Positions 40,414 through 52,004 of a stretch of DNA of 64,000 bases are shown in pieces. Numbering within the stretch: the first letter of the stretch is position 1; the number at the start of each line of letters is the position of its first letter. Below the pieces are notes generated by a model, which saw nothing but the letters and a program-made list of their open reading frames with translations, had not been told where the DNA came from and did not search any database. Where the stretch lies: contig NW_026262615.1 in assembly GCF_021869535.1 (NCBI RefSeq), positions 682,001-746,000 on the forward strand, in the 5' to 3' direction. Made by a program: the position numbers and the translations under genes. This DNA comes from Mytilus californianus (taxonomy: Eukaryota).

Positions 40414-40672
40414 AAAAGAGAGGCAAAAGATACCAAAGGGACATTCAAATTCATAAGTCGAAAATAAACTGCATGACAACGTCAGGGCTAAAAAGAAAAC
40501 GAAAAACAGACAAACAACAGTACACAAAACACAAAACACAACATAGAAAACTAAACACTGAGCAACACAAACCCCACCAAAAACTGGGGATGATCTTAGG
40601 GGCTTCGGACGGATAAGCAGATCCTGCTCCACATGTGGCATCCGTCGTATTGCTGATGTTAATACAAACCCG
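40414..40672 (-). repeat. Penelope-like 3'-end-derived repeat (long form)
   Basis: AAAGATACCAAAGGGACATTCAAA.TCATAAGTCGAAAATAAACTG...CACCAAAAACTGGGGATGATCT...CAGATCCTGCTCCACATGTGGCATCCGTCGT; similar copy at 63523-63790. Confidence 0.85.
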
Positions 40673-40959
40673 AGTTACGACTAAATTTTCAAATGAATGT
40701 AATTAATATAGGTGATAGTAATTTATCGATGTTCGTATCTTGTAAATCAATTAAAAAGAAAAAAAAACTCAAGGTATAAAAGGAGTGGAATGCTAAAAAA
40801 AATTAAACTGGATGCGCCCTCAAAGTAAGCGTCTCCTGCTATGCATTCGTCACCCGCCATGTGAAATCACTGAGACAAAAATGTCACAATCAGGAATATG
40901 ACTCAATCGATGAAACCACGGATCAGACGACTATAATGAACAGGTTTATATAGAAAATT

Positions 40960-41340
40960 GAATAAGAGACAACAACTGAAGACTATTGCGTTTGCTCCGA
41001 ACACATCACACAAATTATTTAGTAGTTATAACTTGTTCTATCAATTTGTATGTTTCTCCTAGATTATGTCGTCTTAATCATTAACATTTTTAATGTCGAT
41101 AAATCGCAATATCACACTTTTAGTGGCCTTGCTTATAAAATGTCTGTAAACATGGTAAAAAGGTTTTCTATTTCTATTTTCTTTAAGAAACGTCTTATGG
41201 TCAATTTCGTCTCCTCTCATTATAAACAACAAAGCCATAATCATATTTGTTGAGACAATTAGTTTTGCCTCGGCGCTATTGTCTTGCATTAATGCGATTT
41301 TTGTGACATTTAACTTCCCCCCTACAAAATAGAAACCATG
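40960..41340 (-). mobile_element. Decayed Penelope-like GIY-YIG fragment
   Basis: Minus-strand DNA TGT.TCAACAAAT..TATGG.TT, GACCATAAG and TGTTTACAGACATTTT aligns by eye with the endonuclease at 12900-12720; the ORF contains VYRHF. Confidence 0.45.
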
Positions 41341-41489
41341 GACTTTCTGACAGCATATCAAATGTGACAGGACGTGACAATTTAATGGAAAAGATCAGGA
41401 TTCGAAGGAGACCTCAGTGTAACCTAAGTCTCAAGTTTATTAGGTTGAATTAGGAGCAAACACTTTGATTTAGAAATACACGGATGAAG

Positions 41490-41910
41490 GTTGTTTAATT
41501 GATTGTTAATTGCTTAACGTCCCGTGACAAGTATTTCGTGGATGTTTAGGAAAAGGACAAATTGACAATAACTTTAATAGGAAGGTCTTTTTATAAAGGT
41601 CGACTGGGATGAAGGACGAGAAGTTTGAAATGCCACTCTGATACATTGGATAAGAACATAAAATTAGCTTTGCCACAAGCCACCTACAGACCCCTGAAAT
41701 ACTTGCTGCAATTATTCTTGAGGTAACACTTTCTCTATACGCTGCGTCGGATTTAACATCCCCATTACGTTGGACGTGGCAGGACTTTATAAATCCAACA
41801 CAAACCATTGGACTTCAAACTTTGGCTAGGAATTTACCGCTTGTCGAAAGAAGACCAGGAGATAAGAGTTGTCTTTACCATGTTTTCCACAATATCCACT
41901 GGATTACGAA
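41490..41910 (-). mobile_element. Probable SINE (antisense), family of the 2592 insertion
   Basis: Begins with TTGATTGTT..TTGCTTAACGTCC (reverse complement of an AATC-type tail) and contains GGATTTAACATCCCC. No clear tRNA head seen. Confidence 0.45.
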
Positions 41911-42207
41911 TGAAGACAGTTATGACTTTCCCGTAAAGGAGATGCTTTTAGATGTTATGGTCTCAAAATAATTATCTTTTTTGTTTTCCTCAGTTTTTGT
42001 TGGGAGGTTATGTCAATCACTGAGGAAACCATCAGCTTTCAAACACGTTTGCATGAATTCGCCTTAACTGGAATAGTTCACATTTATGCTCTTACCCTTT
42101 TTCCCGGAAACAAATTGTTTCAACTTATTTTTGATTGAAGCAAACTATATTGGAACATTAATTAGTATTTTCATGTTTGAAGAAATTAAATACTAATAAA
42201 TGTGAAA

Positions 42208-42535
42208 TAACAAGTGCAACTGCGAGCTACTGCTCACTGATGATACCCCCGCCCAAATATTTTGGCAAACTGGTAAACAGGAAGTTGTTGAGAGATGAAT
42301 CTGAAAACACGTCACACGGTACAGCTGACTTATATAACCCTGAAACCAGATTTCAGAAATCCTTGAATTGTAGTTCCTGAGAAAAATGTGACGAAAAATA
42401 TTCATGGGATGGACGGACGGACTGACGGATGGATAGATGGACTGACGGATATATTTGTGGATGGACGGACTGACGGACGGACAGGCAGAGGTAAAACAGT
42501 ATACTCCAACTTTTTTTTAAAGCGGGGTAATAATT
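42208..42535 (+). mobile_element. Helentron-associated non-autonomous element (HINE/pearl-like)
   Basis: Starts AACAAG; subterminal inverted pair TGATACCCCCGC (42241-52) / GCGGGGTA (42522-29); internal (GGAC/GGAT)n microsatellite 42406-42483; 3' GGTAAAACAGTATAC..GGGGTA hairpin. Confidence 0.65.
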
Positions 42536-43045
42536 ATAAAAATTATACCATGCATTTAGTAAAATATACATTTACAAATTAATGTAATATAAATGGTGTA
42601 CAACAGGCAGATTATCATAATACATAATCTTAGTCAGCTGTTATCAATTACACATGAATTAGTCATTATTTGTTTAGTTCCTTTTTTTTTAATTGAAAAT
42701 ATTCAATTAATGAAAAAAAATATCATTTTCTTGGCAGAGAAACGGCAATTGTTTATGCTATGAACCAATACAAATATAACATGCTCCTGGTCTAAGTTCT
42801 TAATCACATATATTAGTATATATCTTTAAAACGATATTGAAAACACAAATTTTTACTGAAATCATCTTTTTTTCGTGTGGATTAAATGTTTAAAAAAAAA
42901 TATGTAATATAATAGTATACAATGTTAACATGATTTATCCAAAGAAATCATAATTTCTTTCAAGACAAGTCATCTAGTGTAATCGATTTCATTTTAACGT
43001 AGGTGCAATTGTAATGAAATCCATAACATTAAATTAGCAAACGAA

Positions 43046-43105
43046 GACGAAACGCGCGCATGGCATATAAAAAATTGAAATCCTGGTATCTTTAATGAGT
43101 TTATT
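43046..43105 (+). repeat. 3' half of a variant-A hammerhead repeat
   Basis: GACGAAACGCGCG..TGGCATATA...ATCCTGGTATCTTT.ATGAGTTTATT. Confidence 0.6.
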
Positions 43106-43555
43106 GTAACATAGATATTGAGATGCATTGACACTAAAAAGTAACTTAGTAGACAGTTGTGCTAATTTGATTTAGAATTTTGCTTTTTCCTTCTCAATGC
43201 ATAATACCATTGTATTTAAGGATTAATAGGTTAATATGAGTTTGACCTGTAGAATTTTCTAGGACTGAAATACTATTCTAGTTCTTTAATAGTTTTTCAT
43301 TTACTTTATTTGTTTCAATGTCATTTAGCAATGGCTTAATAGTGACAGATATTTTTATTTATACATGATTGGTTCTAAGTTGTATAGTCCTTCAAGAGCA
43401 AAGGAGGTTTTAAAGGGTGGAAATTTTATACAGTATAGCTAAAATTAGTTTTGTTAACTTTCTTTGGGCATCAACAGACTGTCAAATATATCACTTAACT
43501 TTTTTTCTCGAAACATTTGAGATACTAATATCATATGGTAAATGATCATCTAATA

Positions 43556-43630
43556 TACCAGGCTTATATTTTCGTACGCCAAATGGCCGTCCGTCTTAAA
43601 AAAACTGACAAGTGACGCTCGAATAAATAA
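43556..43630 (-). repeat. Degenerate hammerhead repeat relic (variant A)
   Basis: TACCAGGCTTATA...TACGCCA....CGTCT......ACT...AGTGACGCTCGAAT is collinear with 51584-51655. Confidence 0.55.
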
Positions 43631-44663
43631 AAATATTCGTTTTATGGAAAAACCTTTTGTTTAATTCAAAAGAATCAATTTTAAGATATATCAATTTTAC
43701 ACATATATGCTCAAACAAATGTATTTTGGGTGTACTGCATCTGCCCTTCTATTAGCCTACAAAACAAAACAAAATGTATTCGGCAATTTGTTTTGCGCTT
43801 CTTACCAGTCATATTTATAGTATAATTATGATTACGAAAGATATGTACACACAGCTTTGTGTGAACTAGTTCTATCTTTCAAAGACTTACATTGGATATA
43901 TTATTTGAGATCTTGTTAGTTATTTCCGTATTTTAGTGTTAGTTCAACGAAAAGATAATTAAAACTGAAATGTCTACAAAAAAGACAATCACCAACAAAT
44001 TTTAAACCTTATATAATGTAGAAATAATCTAAATATTCAAAATAGAAATTTCCATAATCGTATTTTGTAAGATGAAACCTATAATTTTCATACGCCCAGT
44101 GGCAATAGCTTCGAACTCTAATTTAAGTAATTTGACTCGAAAACAGTATGTTTTTTTTATCTTATTCATGTTTTGTTAGTTAAAACTTCATCAGATTCAG
44201 ATGACGAATATAATTAGTTGACTGTTTATTGGTGACTGCAGACCTAAGTATCCGATGCTTGTTATGTCAGACACTCGAATATCAATATTTGTAAACGTCT
44301 CTCTTTATTAGTCAGCGTAGGGTATGGGTGTGGGTGTAATTATCTGCATAAGCGACTTTCCTAAGATGTCTGATAAGGAGACGCTTGCCATGTCGATATA
44401 CCCGTTTTTTGCCTTTTTATGGTTCATACGATTGTCTTCTTTGTGTCAGTTGCTATGATTTGTCATCTTAATGGATTAATGAAAACACCGGAATTGTGTT
44501 AGAAAATTTGTTTTTACGATTTTGTTTCAATTATTTGGAATTATGGAATACATCTCCTTCATGCAAATCTCTGGTTCCTTGCAAGGCTATGGCTATAACT
44601 TGGGTCCTTTCGGTATTATCAGCTCTTCTTTTGTTTTAATAAATTCACAATTTTTGGCTTCTA

Positions 44664-44707
44664 GCATCACTGAAGAGACATTTATTGTCGAAATTCGCAT
44701 CTGGTGC
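44664..44707 (+). ncRNA. Minimal type I hammerhead ribozyme, variant C
   Basis: GCATCA-CTGAAGA-GAC-ATTTATT-GTC-GAAA-TTCGCA-TC-TGGTGC. Stem I (GCATCA/TGGTGC) and stem II (GAC/GTC) pair fully; the core is intact; predicted cleavage after C44701 (AUC). Confidence 0.75.
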
Positions 44708-45154
44708 AGTACAATAGGTACAATTAATTTTACTGTACATCGGTAAACTACTGTTGCCTAAATTTCGTATAACAAGCTTAGTTAAAAATGAGTTGAAGCA
44801 CTGATACACATACGAAGTATATGATTGTTAATTGGAGACTAAAGTACGTGCTGATGCTGACCTACGTAACCGATTCTTATTATTTTAGACACTCGAATCG
44901 TGCTTACTGGCAATTGGTATTACACGGTTATATTATTCACTAGGAAAGGACATTTAATTAAAATTAAATGTAACCTTTTCACCGAGGCAAACCAAAACAA
45001 AATAAACCCGAAAAAGACACGTGTTAATGAATAATACCGATGACAACAGATACAGAATGAAATTGAAAATTGTTTCGAAATAAGAATCATTCGAATGCAT
45101 GCGCTTAAAAAGAGGCGGAAAATACGAAGGGGATAAGCAAACTGTCTTTGATTC

Positions 45155-45238
45155 GAGGGTCACTGATGAGTATTTTGTAGACTGAACGCGCGTCTGTCGT
45201 ACAATGTTTTCAACCTGGTATCTATGATGAGTTTATTT
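45155..45238 (+). repeat. Degenerate hammerhead repeat (variant A)
   Basis: GAGGGTCA-CTGATGA-GTA-TTTTGTA-GAC-TGAA-CGCGCG-TC-TGTCGTA; GAAA and stem II are mutated. Confidence 0.7.
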
Positions 45239-45355
45239 AATCATAAGTCGAAGAGAACTAACAATGCCATGGCAAGTAAAACAAACGACAAACAAGTCAC
45301 AGAACACTACATACAACCTGAATAGGAAGAAACCTTTCAAAAATTTGTAACTTAA

Positions 45356-45746
45356 GGATGCTCGCTCCTTTTGTTTTTGATTTTTTACTAGATATTCGGA
45401 ATCTTCTGACTTTATCCATGTAGTGCCATTAAAACATTTGCCCACCAACCCCTACTTTTCTTTCCATAATTTGATAACATATAGGTTGAAATGACATCTT
45501 TGAACATCTTATAAAATCCTTGTTGCTTTTTGCATCGTTTTTGAAAGAAAAAATGTGCCAATGTTAAATGTATGAAAAATCTAGGGAGAATTATTTCCCG
45601 CCAAATTCTCAATGGCTTATATCTCAAAAACAAGCACACGGACCCTTCATTTTTTTCTGCTTTTTTAGTTTCTTTATTTATAAACTATCAACTTATAACA
45701 GTCTTTTAAAAAAGCTTGTTATTTTGAAACAGAGTAGCGAATATCC
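45356..45746. mobile_element. 391-bp MITE with TTAA target-site duplication (Kolobok-like)
   Basis: TTAA (45352-55)-GGATGCTCGCT ... AGCGAATATCC-TTAA (45747-50). Confidence 0.8.
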
Positions 45747-45984
45747 TTAAGGACTTTGAAGGATAAACAAATGTTTTTGTATCTAAAAAATGTACTAAAT
45801 AAGAATACATGTATTTGAAATTGTTCTGTTCACCTTTAAGGGAAACTGAAAATTATTTGAACGTATTATTTTGGCCATTCTCAAATTCGACACAGAAAAA
45901 TGGACGAAGCATGCAGGTCTTTAACGATTTATGTATTTTTGGGCATATAGCATAAATTCATCATATACACAATGATTTAAATTG

Positions 45985-46205
45985 TATACGCTAGAGGTGC
46001 GTTTCGACTCATCAGTGAGGCTCGAATCAAACAAGTTAAAACGGCCAAATAAGAAACGAAGTTGGAGAGCATCCACAAATTCCGAAAGGTTTTTGTCAAA
46101 TACAGCTTAGGTTATCTATTCCTGGGGTTGAACATCCTTAATATTTCGAAAAATTCAGTTTTATAAACAATAAACTTATAATCATGACATATCAATAATA
46201 ATTCA
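45985..46205 (-). repeat. Retrozyme monomer with stem II deleted
   Basis: Minus strand CA-CTGATGA-GTC-GAAA (10 nt of the loop and 3' stem II missing); the body matches 51650-51830. Confidence 0.75.
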
Positions 46206-48349
46206 CGAAATTGAAATATGATTATGCCCCCTGTTATTACCATATTAGAATTATCCAAACGAAAACAATAATGTTCAATATAACCATAGATCTAACTGTA
46301 TCATTCATATTACTCTCCAGACGCATTTGTTTGTTCTATTTACCATGATGTTTTACTTAGCAAATGACAAAAGCTGAATATAATTTTATCTAACCGCTGC
46401 GACAGCCCCAAAATATCATTCATACGATGTTTTAAAGTCTTTTTCATCGGTTTCATGAAATCATTTAAACGGCATGCAAGCCAGTAAGAAAGGACAAACC
46501 GATAATGGTCAATAATGAACATGCTAGATATTTGACATATCAATGATTATTAAGCCCGAGAGTTAAAAACGTAAAATATGCCATAAAATATCTTTCGAAT
46601 TAATTACACATCAAATCAGAAGCAAATGGTTATATTCCTAAACCAATGAAACTCAAAACATAAAAATATGGTTTTCTAAGCAACAGCATATGTTTCTAGA
46701 ATAGCATTATTAAGGTTTCCTTAGTACAACACGTTTAAAAGCCAATCATTTGAAACAGCAGAGAGTTACAAAAAAAACAGTTTATGATATGTGAAATATC
46801 TAGTAGTACGTATATTGTATTCCTATATGTATCTTAGAGTCAGGATATTATACACATATTTCTCACAAATTGACAATAGACAACAATGTGTATTCATATC
46901 AAAAACAACTTAACAATTCTAACATATAAGAAAGCGTATTAACAAAATGCAATTTGCCTTAATCAAAATATCAATGAGAAAATGAAAAACGATTATCTAT
47001 GAAACAACAATCCACAACAAACACCAAAGGACAAGGTTACTTACTTCTATAGCTACTGTACTATACCATTTGTATGCATACACACATCATATAAAAAAAG
47101 AAGTATTCGAGGTAAGCCTGAACATGATGAATGAAACGACAACAACAAGATTGTCATGCATGAAATCCATTTGGAGGTCAGTGTTCTATATTTTACAAGT
47201 GTCTAGTATTTGATACGTCAAGCTTGTAATCACATGGACTGTTGACAAGATTGTAGTAGCAATGGTTATTGTAGTACCTTTGCATAGCTGATACATTTTC
47301 TCCTTTTTGGTATTCATTTTTAGGATTTACATCAAAAGTGATATCAAACTTCCAAAAATTAGAAATAAATTTATTTGCAAGAAGCACGAATTTTTAATGT
47401 AGCTTTAAACACGTACTGATTGCTGAATGTCCTTTTTTTTCTTATCCAGATGGAGTCATATAAAAGTATAAACTCGTCTATTTATTACGTTAGAGCAAAA
47501 TCTATCTGGTAAAGTAAGTAGTGTCATATCTTTATTTGTGTCATGGGAAATGTTGTTTTCAATAACCATGTTATATTCACATTAGGTGTTACGCACACTA
47601 TACTAACTAGCACTGTATTGAATTTTAAAGGAAACATGGGACACCAAACACGAATTTCAAACACTAACAAAATGTAAACTAATTACAAACACTTAAAAAA
47701 AATGCAAACTAACGTTTTAATTGAACTAGAGAGTTTTAATACAATCTTAAAAGAACTCTGCGTTTTGCAATCGCAGCATGTTCTCAAATTTTATTTAATA
47801 AACCGGTATGTATTGTACTTAGATTTTGAATATTACTTTTATTTGTTTACAAATTAATTTTGTTATTAGTAAATAATAAATATTATTGCTATACACAAAT
47901 GTACATTTGCGGTACGACCAATCTTTCGATGCCTTTATTTTGGCATTGCACATGGTCATATGTTATCTGACATCTTAACACTAAATCACTTGAATGTTGG
48001 ATATGTACTATTTCAGTTTTAGATACATATTTTTCTTTCTGAAATGTGACGTGCGCGATTTTTCTTTTTTTTTTCTTCAGTTTTTGTTTATTACCTTGCT
48101 CTGTATCGTCCTTAGATGAATGATTTATGAAATGTAAACATCGATAAATTACATCAACTTCTAACTTATTCAAGGATTGGAAATCGTAAGTCGACGAAGA
48201 AAGACAACACCATGAATACTAAAAAAATCATGGAAAAAGAGATAAGTTGAAAACACATCTTTGTTACACAGCATCAGAATATCGAGTGATCTCAACATTT
48301 TATTAATTGAAATTTGCAAAAGAAATATTAAAGAATAATTATTTTGAAA

Positions 48350-49310
48350 AATACACCCTATGTTCTGATTCCTATTAGATTAGAACTTTAAAATGACCCA
48401 AAATCCATCCCATGTTCTAAATCCTACTCATATACTGGCTTTAAGATGACCAAAAATACATCTCATGATCTAATCTTAATCATATACTAATCTTAAAATG
48501 ACTCAAAATACATCTCATGTTCTGATCCTACCCAGATACTAGTTTTAAAATTACCAAAATACATCTCATGTTCTGATCCTACTAGGATACTAGTTTTAAA
48601 ATGACCAAAAATACATCCTATGCTTTGTTCCTACCAAGTCACTAGTTTTAAAATGGCCAAAATACATCTCTTGTTCTGATCCTACAAAGATAAAAGTTTT
48701 AAAATGACCAAAAATACATCCCATGTTCTGATCCCACTCAGATACTACTTCATGAATGGCGAAAAGTACATATCATGTTTTGAACCCACTCAGATACATT
48801 TATGTACTAGTTTTAAAATGACCCAAAATACATCCTATGCTCTGATCCTACCCAGATACTAGTTTTAAAATGACCAAAATACATCCTATGCTCTGATCCT
48901 ACCCAGATACTAGTTTTAAAATGACCCAAAATACATCCTTTGCTCTGATCCTACCCAGATACTAGTTTTAAAATGACCCAAAATACATCCTATGCTCTGA
49001 TCCAACCCAGATACTAGTTTTAAAATGACCCAAAATACATCCTATGCTCTGATCCTACTCAGATGCATGTTTCAAAATTACTAAAAATACATCCCATGTT
49101 GTGATCTTATTCGGATACTCTTTTAAAAATGACAAAAACTACATCTCGTGTTTTGAACCTACTCTGATACTGTTTTTCAAATCACAAAAAGTACATCCCA
49201 TGTTGTGATCTAACTCCGATTTTGTTCTTAATATGACGAACGGTACATTTAATGTTTGAACCCCATTCCGATACATTTTTTATAAAATGACTAACTCCCA
49301 TGTTCCAATA
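48350..49310. repeat. 52-bp minisatellite, roughly 18 units
   Basis: Unit TACTAGTTTTAAAATGACCCAAAATACATCCTATGCTCTGATCCTACCCAGA; starts at 48805, 48857, 48908, 48960, 49012. Units diverge toward both edges. Confidence 0.95.
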
Positions 49311-51602
49311 TCATTCTGATTCTTTACTCTCAATATTTTCCGATGGTCTTTAATGAAAAATGTTCTCATTGACATTTTACCACATCTGCTTTTTAATTTT
49401 TTTTTTTTTTTTTTTTCAATGACGAAAAGTACATCCAAGATTTTGATTTTACTCAGAAAGTGTCTTAACATTGGTATTCACTTAGAATCGTCTTTAAGAT
49501 TTGTGTTTTTTGTCGCATGGGCAGAAAGATCGCCTCACAACTTCGTCGACCTTATTAATTTTTAAGATGTTCTAACGCAATTTTCTCTGATATTATAAGA
49601 CAGAAATGATGCTCTCGGCAGATAAACTACATTAACATTTCTAGTCATCATGCGGGAAGTACATTTACTTGATGAAGTAACAGGGTTATAAGTCTCCCAT
49701 AACATTTTGTTTTGTGTCCGGTAATCAGACATAATTATTGGTGTTTTACGTTATATCCTGGATAACCTAAGCTGTATTTTGCAAAACTAGAACCAAATGC
49801 TCTTGAACTTTGCATTCTATTTGGCCTTTAAATTTCTTTAAATTATAAGCTTGATATCTTTGAAGTGTTGTATTTGTATTTTTATTTATTTTGTTTATTT
49901 GTTGGAGATATATAAGTGTTGATGTGAGTGTTTGTCTCTATATTTCGATTAATCAATTAAAAAAGGCACGAGTATTTTGGTAAAAACTGGCTTTTTAACG
50001 ATCTCTTGCAGATGTATTTACGTAGATATTGATACTAAAACAATTCATCTGACTTAAAAGTATATATATTGGTACATCGTTAGACCTTTTCCTGACATTG
50101 ACATGGTCGTATGGAGTTCCTTAGGATTCGACGTATCAAGGTTTGCAGTAGGCGTCTTGTCGTTGGTTACTATCTGTCGTATTTGTAATTCGTTTCCTAA
50201 TATGCCAAAAACCTTGACACGGACCTTTGCCTTTGAATTGTTTAATTTTATATTATGTCGGGTTCTTTGATAGCTGACTTTATGGTATGGATGTTGCTCG
50301 TTGTTGAAGACAGTACCGTCACATATATTTGACAAAATGGAAAATGGTCTCAATGATAACCCATATCAATGAAAAATCATATCCGGCAGTATATAGAAAA
50401 GATAACATTAAAATTTGAGATCATACGGATGATAAACTAGATAAACGTGACGAAAACAATAGTAAGATATAATTTTAATGACAAACTGATATCACAATAC
50501 AACTGTTTTCCTTTTCTTTTCTTTTGCACTAAAGGAGAGAATATACTAAGAGGACAATACAAAATTATACTCCAACAAATACAACCACACAATAGTCCAA
50601 AAAAAATGACGAAACAACAAACATCAATTACAAAAAACTACCTTGAAAATGAAAGATGAAACGGGCAAATCCATGGGATGAAATCGGATGCTCTTTCATT
50701 TGTAAGAATTTCCTAGTGATACCTGTTGATAAGAAAATCAGAACAAAGGGACCAAAGGAACATGTTTGATAGATATTATTTTTTTCTAGTGCACTATAAA
50801 AAGAAAGGGAAAAATCAATTTCTCTACATAAATGTAAAAAAAAAATATGAAAGAATGGAGATGTGGGAAAACGAAATTCGAATGCACCCGATATTTTAAT
50901 GTACAAAGGTTTATGAATTATATAAAGGGTAATGATTTCTGAAGTGGTTAACATTGTCAAATTCGAAAGATCATTACGCATTTTAATTCTTCAGGATTTT
51001 ATGGATAAACATAGATGACTATTATATAAATTTCATTTATACTAAGTCGTCTGTTATGTTTCTGTTAGACACGTATTTACGAATGTATAGGTGAAAGCAT
51101 TGACTTTGGATGATATATAGCTTATTACGTTTTCGTAGATCGTGAAAGTATATCTAAAGAATTCAGATATGACGATAAAGGATTTTATACATTTTAATTG
51201 AAGAGACTACCGTCGTGCCTTAATATAACCTGGTTTGGCCTCAACGTGTGACGAATATAATAGTTTATTTAATAGACTATCATAATATAAAGTGTTGTGT
51301 TAAAGTACGATGGTAAATTTGATGTTTACGTAAAAACACACCTAGACTTCTAATTTTCAGTACCTGTGTCACTCGCCTAATAATAAACATATGATACAGT
51401 ATTAGTGTTAGAAAAATGTGTTTTTGAAAAAAAGAAGAAATGTTGTACTAATTCAACTGTAAATAAACCTGTTAATATCATCAAAATTATTTCACTTCCT
51501 TAAATATAGTCAAAATGGTGCTAACAAATAGCACACGCCAAGGTAAATTCCAAAAGGGGATGTCCATAAATAGTTATCAAAGGTACCAGGATTATAATGT
51601 AA

Positions 51603-51649
51603 TACGCCAGACGCGCGTTTCGTCTACATAAGACTCATCAGTGACGCTC
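51603..51649 (-). ncRNA. Minimal type I hammerhead ribozyme (variant A), intact
   Basis: GAGCGTCA-CTGATGA-GTC-TTATGTA-GAC-GAAA-CGCGCG-TC-TGGCGTA; predicted cleavage after GUC, between 51610 and 51609. Confidence 0.9.
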
Positions 51650-51957
51650 AGATCAAAATAGTTATGAAGCCAAACAAGTTCAAAGTTGAAGAGCATTGAA
51701 GACCAAAAATTCCAAAAAAGTGTGCCAAATACGGCTAAGGTAATCTATTCCTGGGATAAGAAAATCCCTAGTTTTCCGAAAAATTCAATGTTTTGTAACA
51801 GGAAATTTATAAAAATGACCATATAATTGATATTCATGTCAACATCGAAGTGCTGACTACTGGGCTGGTGATACCCTCGGGGACGAAACGTCCACCAGCA
51901 GCGGCATCGACCCAGTGAGGAAAAATGGTTATCAAAGGTACCAGGATTATAATTTAA

Positions 51958-52004
51958 TACGCCAGACGCGCGTTTCGTCTACATAAGACTCATCAGTGAC
52001 GCTC
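51958..52004 (-). ncRNA. Minimal type I hammerhead ribozyme (variant A), intact
   Basis: Identical to 51603-51649; predicted cleavage between 51965 and 51964. Confidence 0.9.

Noticed and set aside
48350-49310. Regular repeat array as a CRISPR locus
   Set aside because: The units are contiguous with no unique spacers, there are no cas genes, and the context is eukaryotic.
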